64,000 nt of DNA from Azolla caroliniana (lineage: Eukaryota; Plantae; Polypodiophyta). The notes below the pieces were generated by a model. The model had not been told where the DNA came from. It did not search any database and saw nothing but the letters and a program-made list of their open reading frames with translations. Below are positions 59,025 through 64,000 of the stretch, in pieces (position 1 is the stretch's first letter; each line of letters starts with the position of its first letter). The translations under genes and the position numbers were made by a program. Location of the stretch: positions 1 to 64,000 of the forward strand of contig JBHGNT010000103.1 in NCBI GenBank assembly GCA_043228905.1, read 5' to 3'.

Positions 59025-61900
59025 CAATGTTGGGCAAAGTTTGTAGCCCCTACCGGAAATTTTCCTGCTTCTCATGAACCTAACCGGAAATTTAAAATTT
59101 TGGCCGGCCACGTTCCTACCAACAACAATGTCAACTGGAACATGTTGAAATTTTTTTTGGCCGCATGACCAAAAAAAAATCTAATGCAATACCAAATCAA
59201 ATCAATTACAAAATTTTGGAACCCAAAAACTAAAGATATATATTTTCCAAAAAAAATTCTAACTTTATAAACATATGTAAAGTAGCATTAACAACATATT
59301 AGATCAAATTAGATGTAATATATAGAAAGTTCCAAAACAAAATCGATCACATTTATAAAGTTTTAATCTATATCTTCTATGAAGTCCTCGATCTCATCAT
59401 CATGCTCATGAGAAGTTCTTGTAAAAATATGACGATATGCCTTGCTTTCTCGCCACAACAAAATGCTAGCATTGAAGTCATGTTCTTCTAGTTCAGGTCC
59501 TTCAATAGAGATTCGTATCAATGCATCAATCGCATTGTTTTTCAGCCTATTTCTAAACTTATTTTTTATTAGATTTAGGCGACTAAAGCCTCTCTCACAC
59601 GCTGCTATAGAAGAACATTGGATTAAACCTATCAATGCAATCTTTAGAAGTTCGGGTAGCTTTTCTTTCCACACATCATTACAATTTATCATACCCCAAA
59701 CATCTAAGAAATCTCTTCCAAGCCATTCTGTGGTAGCTTGCCTTTTGAAAATTGCATATTCATCATACAATTTATCATTATCAATTATGGGAGAAAACGC
59801 TCTCCCATCTACCATTTTTTGAATGCCATAAAAATTTCCAAGTGTTTTCAACTCATTAAGACCCATAGTTTTTCGTGCTAAAATGCTTGTAGATCCGGCA
59901 GACATGTTCATTGGTGATAACATTTTCAATGCGCAAAGAGTTACCGGATCTTGAAGCCTCTTTTTTATTGTCTCTATTAATGCCTTAGAAAACAAAGTTT
60001 GGAATTGTATGGCTTCAATCAAGTCCTCACCATCAATACATCTATCCATGAGGATGCTTTTATACATATTACCGTTAATAGCATCTCTTAAAACTGAAAG
60101 CATTCCTTTTTCTCTACCATATTCTGGAATAATTAGATAACTATAGCTATCCTTCTCAAAACCATTTAGATCCATCATAACATGATGGAGAAATTGTTCT
60201 TCGATCTCCCCAATGGCTATCATAGCCAAACCTCCAATGCATGTCACATCCACATATTCCTTTTGGAATTCCATACTTAACGTTGACATGATCTTAAGTA
60301 CATCTGCAAGAAAGTGAAGCATATACACTACTTTGAAGTTTCATAAACTTACGAATACATTGTATGCATCACTTTGCGATTGTAAAGTCTTCATCAAGGG
60401 TTCATACACCTCACATACCCTCATGATAGCACCATGCCGACTAAGCCATCGTGTTTTCACAATCCCAAGAATATGCAAATGTGTGTATTCTAGTGCATCT
60501 TGCATCTTAGTTAATTCACCTTGGCGCAGTGAGCTCCTCGAGAAATGTGCAGCCACCCGATTCACAAGGGCATCTAACTGCTTACATGTTTCTTTGACTT
60601 CAATGTTCTTTGAAGCCTCTTGCACACACAAGTTTGTTCGATGTGCACAACAATGTAAGGACGTCATAAATGGGTTATATGACTTCAATCTTGTAGCAAC
60701 ACCTGTAGACATACCTACCATAACAAATGCTCCATCACTTCCGAATCCTATCATTTTTCTAACATCTAAGTTCTACTTTTTTAATAATGCTAAAATGCTT
60801 TCTGTTATTGTGTTTGATGTACCATCCTCTACTTGAAGTAACCCCAAATAAGAGGTTCTTACTTTCCTTCCTTCCACAAATGTAGCATAAAGAATCAAGT
60901 TCTAGTTACGCTTACATCGGTAGCTTCATCTACCATAAGCCCAAACCAAGGACTTTTCCTTAACCTATCATAGATCTCAGCTTCAAGAGCCTTGCTAATG
61001 TGCAAGATAAAGCTTGCACAAGCCTTATTATCGTTATACATTCGTGGAAGGCCTTCCACACCACATTCTCTTAACAATTGTAAGAGGCTTTCCAATTTTC
61101 TAAATGCTAAATCCTCTTTAGCTATAAAATATGCACATTTAAACAATTTTTCAATTGCTACATCCACACTTGCTTCTTTTTTTTATGCACATTTTTCAAG
61201 ACCATTCTTGTCACGTTCTTGTAACAAAATGGCATCTTAATGGGCCACACTTCTTGCATGTTCTTCTAATGCGGAAGTCTTAAAGTTTTTGGCACCTGTT
61301 TTGCCAAATGAAGACTTACTATGAGGATCACTCCTACAATAACTACACCATAAAAGACCAGTTTCTAAATCCTCTTGAAGCCACTTAAATTTAGTAAGCC
61401 AATCTGCTTGAAATTTTAGTTTGGCCTTACTAATTCTATTCATCTCATGAAGTAATTCTTCGAAGTGTTGATGGTCCTTTATAGGCTCTTCTAGAGACAC
61501 ATCTTCTTTAGATGGCAAGTTTTTCCTAAAGCTGGGCATTGTAAAGAGGCTAATTTGCTTTCCGTTGCCTTTCATATTCTTGTTTTGGGACATACTGTAA
61601 GTCTGTAACAATAATGCAGAGAATGTTTGACTAACATAATATATGGATTCTATTTACAAGAAGGCGAAACCTACATACACAATCCATGTTTCCAAAAAGA
61701 AAAAGAAAATTAAGATACCTGGGATATTTGAAGTTTCCGAGGCAATAAAGGATCAATTTTCCACTATGGACCTTCCAATCTATCAGAAAATAAAGAAGAA
61801 AGAGGATGGCTCACATTAGCTTACCCACATTAAATAAGCTCTAGTTTAGAACACTGAGATTTTGAGATACACTTTAGAGATCACAAAAACTTAAGATATA
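59025..61900 (-). mobile_element. hAT DNA transposon with decayed ZNF862/DUF4371-like transposase
   Basis: ORF pieces 61237-61611 (WL...LWCSYC), 60895-61167 (VDEATD), 60341-60754 (SDGA, HCCAHR, TRWLS) and 59363-60328 (ACERGFSRLNLIK hATC motif). A candidate TIR CAATGTTGGG at 59025 truncates the chromodomain; GT/AG sites near 61718/61603 suggest an intron. The other end is not visible. Confidence 0.85.
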
Positions 61901-62429
61901 AATTAGAATTGATTTACAAATGGGAGTAATGGACAGAAATTGATTTGCAACGGCCAAGAAAGACATCATATTCAACACATAGAATCACATGCTGCTAATG
62001 TAAATTTCCAAACAAGAAATATGTCAAAAAGAAGGAAATCATAGCTAAAATCATTTCAAATATGTCAAGAAATTCGTTTTCCCACAAAATGCATCTAGTA
62101 GGAAAGATTTTGAGATACACTTTAGAGATCACAAACAAGATGACAATACGAATGCGAGGTAGTAATAGAATATACATGCCTCCTTGTGATTTATTCTTGT
62201 CTATTCCCATCATCTTTCTATGCTTTTCTTGTGCTAAGATAATTTGTTGTACATAATTCCCTCCCAATTTTCAACCTATCGTCCACTACATGTGTTTGAA
62301 TTACATGATGATTCTCATCTCAAATTTGTTGGTTCATCTAGTTATATTGTAATAAGCAAATAGTATTTCAGATTCGTTAATTTGTTTATCATAGTAGCCC
62401 CTTGATGATGATGAAGAAGAAGAGCAAAT

Positions 62430-62729
62430 CTCTTTCCACACCTCGTTCCATTACATCTTCACAAGTTCATGTTCACCCACTAAAAAGAAGCATGAAGATG
62501 TAATCCTCTTCTCCAATGCACATACTTTGCAATGATCCCACATCTTTGCCTTACAATGTTCAAGAGACATTTAAAAACTCTTTCCACACCTAGTTCCCTT
62601 ACATCTTGAACACAACTTCATGTTCACCCACTAAAAAGAAGCATGAAGATGTGACCCTCTTCCCCAAATGCACATACTTTGCAATGATATCACATCCTTT
62701 CCTTACAATGTTCAAGAGACGTTTAAAAA
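62430..62729. repeat. ~150-bp tandem duplication
   Basis: CTCTTTCCACACCT...TTCATGTTCACCCACTAAAAAGAAGCATGAAGATG...TTCAAGAGAC.TTTAAAAA occurs twice. Confidence 0.85.
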
Positions 62730-64000
62730 GTGATCAAATCACTTGATAATAGAAAATGTCATACATGAGTGTTTGATTGAAAGCCAACATTGCAATGTAT
62801 TGCAAAATGAATCTCTTCATTATTATTACATTTTATGATTGATCTTAAGGTCTTATTGTCATCAAACTACGTACATGAAGACTACGCACGGACACAAAAT
62901 GAGATATCTTTCATTATGCCCCATGGGTGGGGTTTATATAGTACAAAAGGGAACCGTTACAAATAAAGAATAAGACAACTAGGGAGTTACATTACTTACC
63001 CACTTTCCCACCTTTGTACACATGCACACAAATGTGCATGTGTTCATACACATACACATACTCATCCTCACACACTCATTCATATTATATATACACATCA
63101 ACCACATCATTACACATACCCTTATGCATCCCCATATATTCTTACGGGTAACACATGGCACGCCTGTGGGACAGTGCATTGCACGGTGTACCCACTCACC
63201 ATGGCAACTCTTCTCGACCGGAACTCCATCGGTCGTCTGAACGGTCAAAAATCCCTCGACCGGATCACTGGTCTACGATCAATAACTTTGATCGGAGCAT
63301 TGCTTGACTCGAACCTTCTCGTTCGGTCAACACAAGTCGCGATTGGATCATACACCAATCGGCTAGTTCAATGTGGCATGGCTCGTGAAATCGTGTTGTG
63401 CGTTTGTGTATTCTTTCTTTCATCATGTGAGTTGTGTTTTCGAACATGATTTGTACAACTTATCTTTTGAAATTCTAGTTTTTACCCTCATGTTTTTAAA
63501 TTTTTATTTTCTGCCCTCCATTTTCTAAACTTTTCTCATCTGCACTCAAGCTTCTGAAATTCAATGGTATGCCCTCGAATTATTGAAATTTTCCTCTCCA
63601 CCCATTTCTCTTTCTCTCTTGCTTTCTTATTTTCTTGTTCTTTCTTTGTTCTCCTCTCTGTCTGTCGATTTCGTTTTCTTCTTTATCTTCTTCATCGTCT
63701 TCTCTTCTTGTTGCTTCTTCATTTTTCTCCTTCTTCTCCTTCTTTGTTGTTGTCCTCCTCTGATTTCTTCCTTTCTATCTGTTGCTTCTGTCTTTCTCTT
63801 CTTCCATTGGTCATCTATGGCCATTTCCATCTATGGTCATCCTTCTGTCTCGGCCAGCTGTGGTTGTCAAACGCTCTCTACTCTACAGTCGTCGCCATCG
63901 GCTCGGCCGCCACTGTTTGGCGGTTGTTCGAATAGTAGGCTCTCGATTCGGTCGTGTCTTTCCGGACACCTGTCAGATTTCGGCCATCTCTCGACGGTCG

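Noticed and set aside
62870-63270. Possible solo LTR with a CA-rich tract
   Set aside because: The boundaries and TSD are not identifiable from this window.
63564-63935. Hydrophobic or Lys/Arg-rich short ORFs
   Set aside because: They are translations of a CT-rich low-complexity tract with no recognisable domain.

Overview
This is eukaryotic, almost certainly land-plant DNA; the TE repertoire and the PAL type suggest a seed-free plant or gymnosperm, but that is inference. One host gene is present: an intronless phenylalanine ammonia-lyase (PAL, 34025-36349, minus). It sits in a relatively TE-poor island (~30.3-38.1 kb) among nested transposons. The transposons are: (a) a Penelope-like element (PLE) with a 5' inversion, no visible GIY-YIG endonuclease and a 3' hammerhead ribozyme; (b) a non-chromovirus Gypsy with a large extra ORF (3216-13345); (c) several decayed Copia elements; (d) a hAT MITE; (e) a young, intact Gypsy (48043-55439) inserted into the protease motif of a Copia; (f) chromovirus remnants; (g) a decayed hAT transposase. 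Four signals are not explained by the ORF track. First, tRNA-like A-box/B-box cassettes lie in the LTRs of two distinct Gypsy lineages (three per LTR in the intact element), mostly antisense at the LTR 5' edge. Second, two minimal type I hammerhead ribozymes each sit in the same (CT)n-TATA-ribozyme module, one of them with no RT ORF. Third, a GGAUUUU slippery site plus H-type pseudoknot, with covariation between two Gypsy copies, lies at the gag-PR/pol junction. Fourth, the PLE N-terminus is encoded on the opposite strand at the window start. All coordinates were read by eye and may be off by a few bases; no database searches were run.
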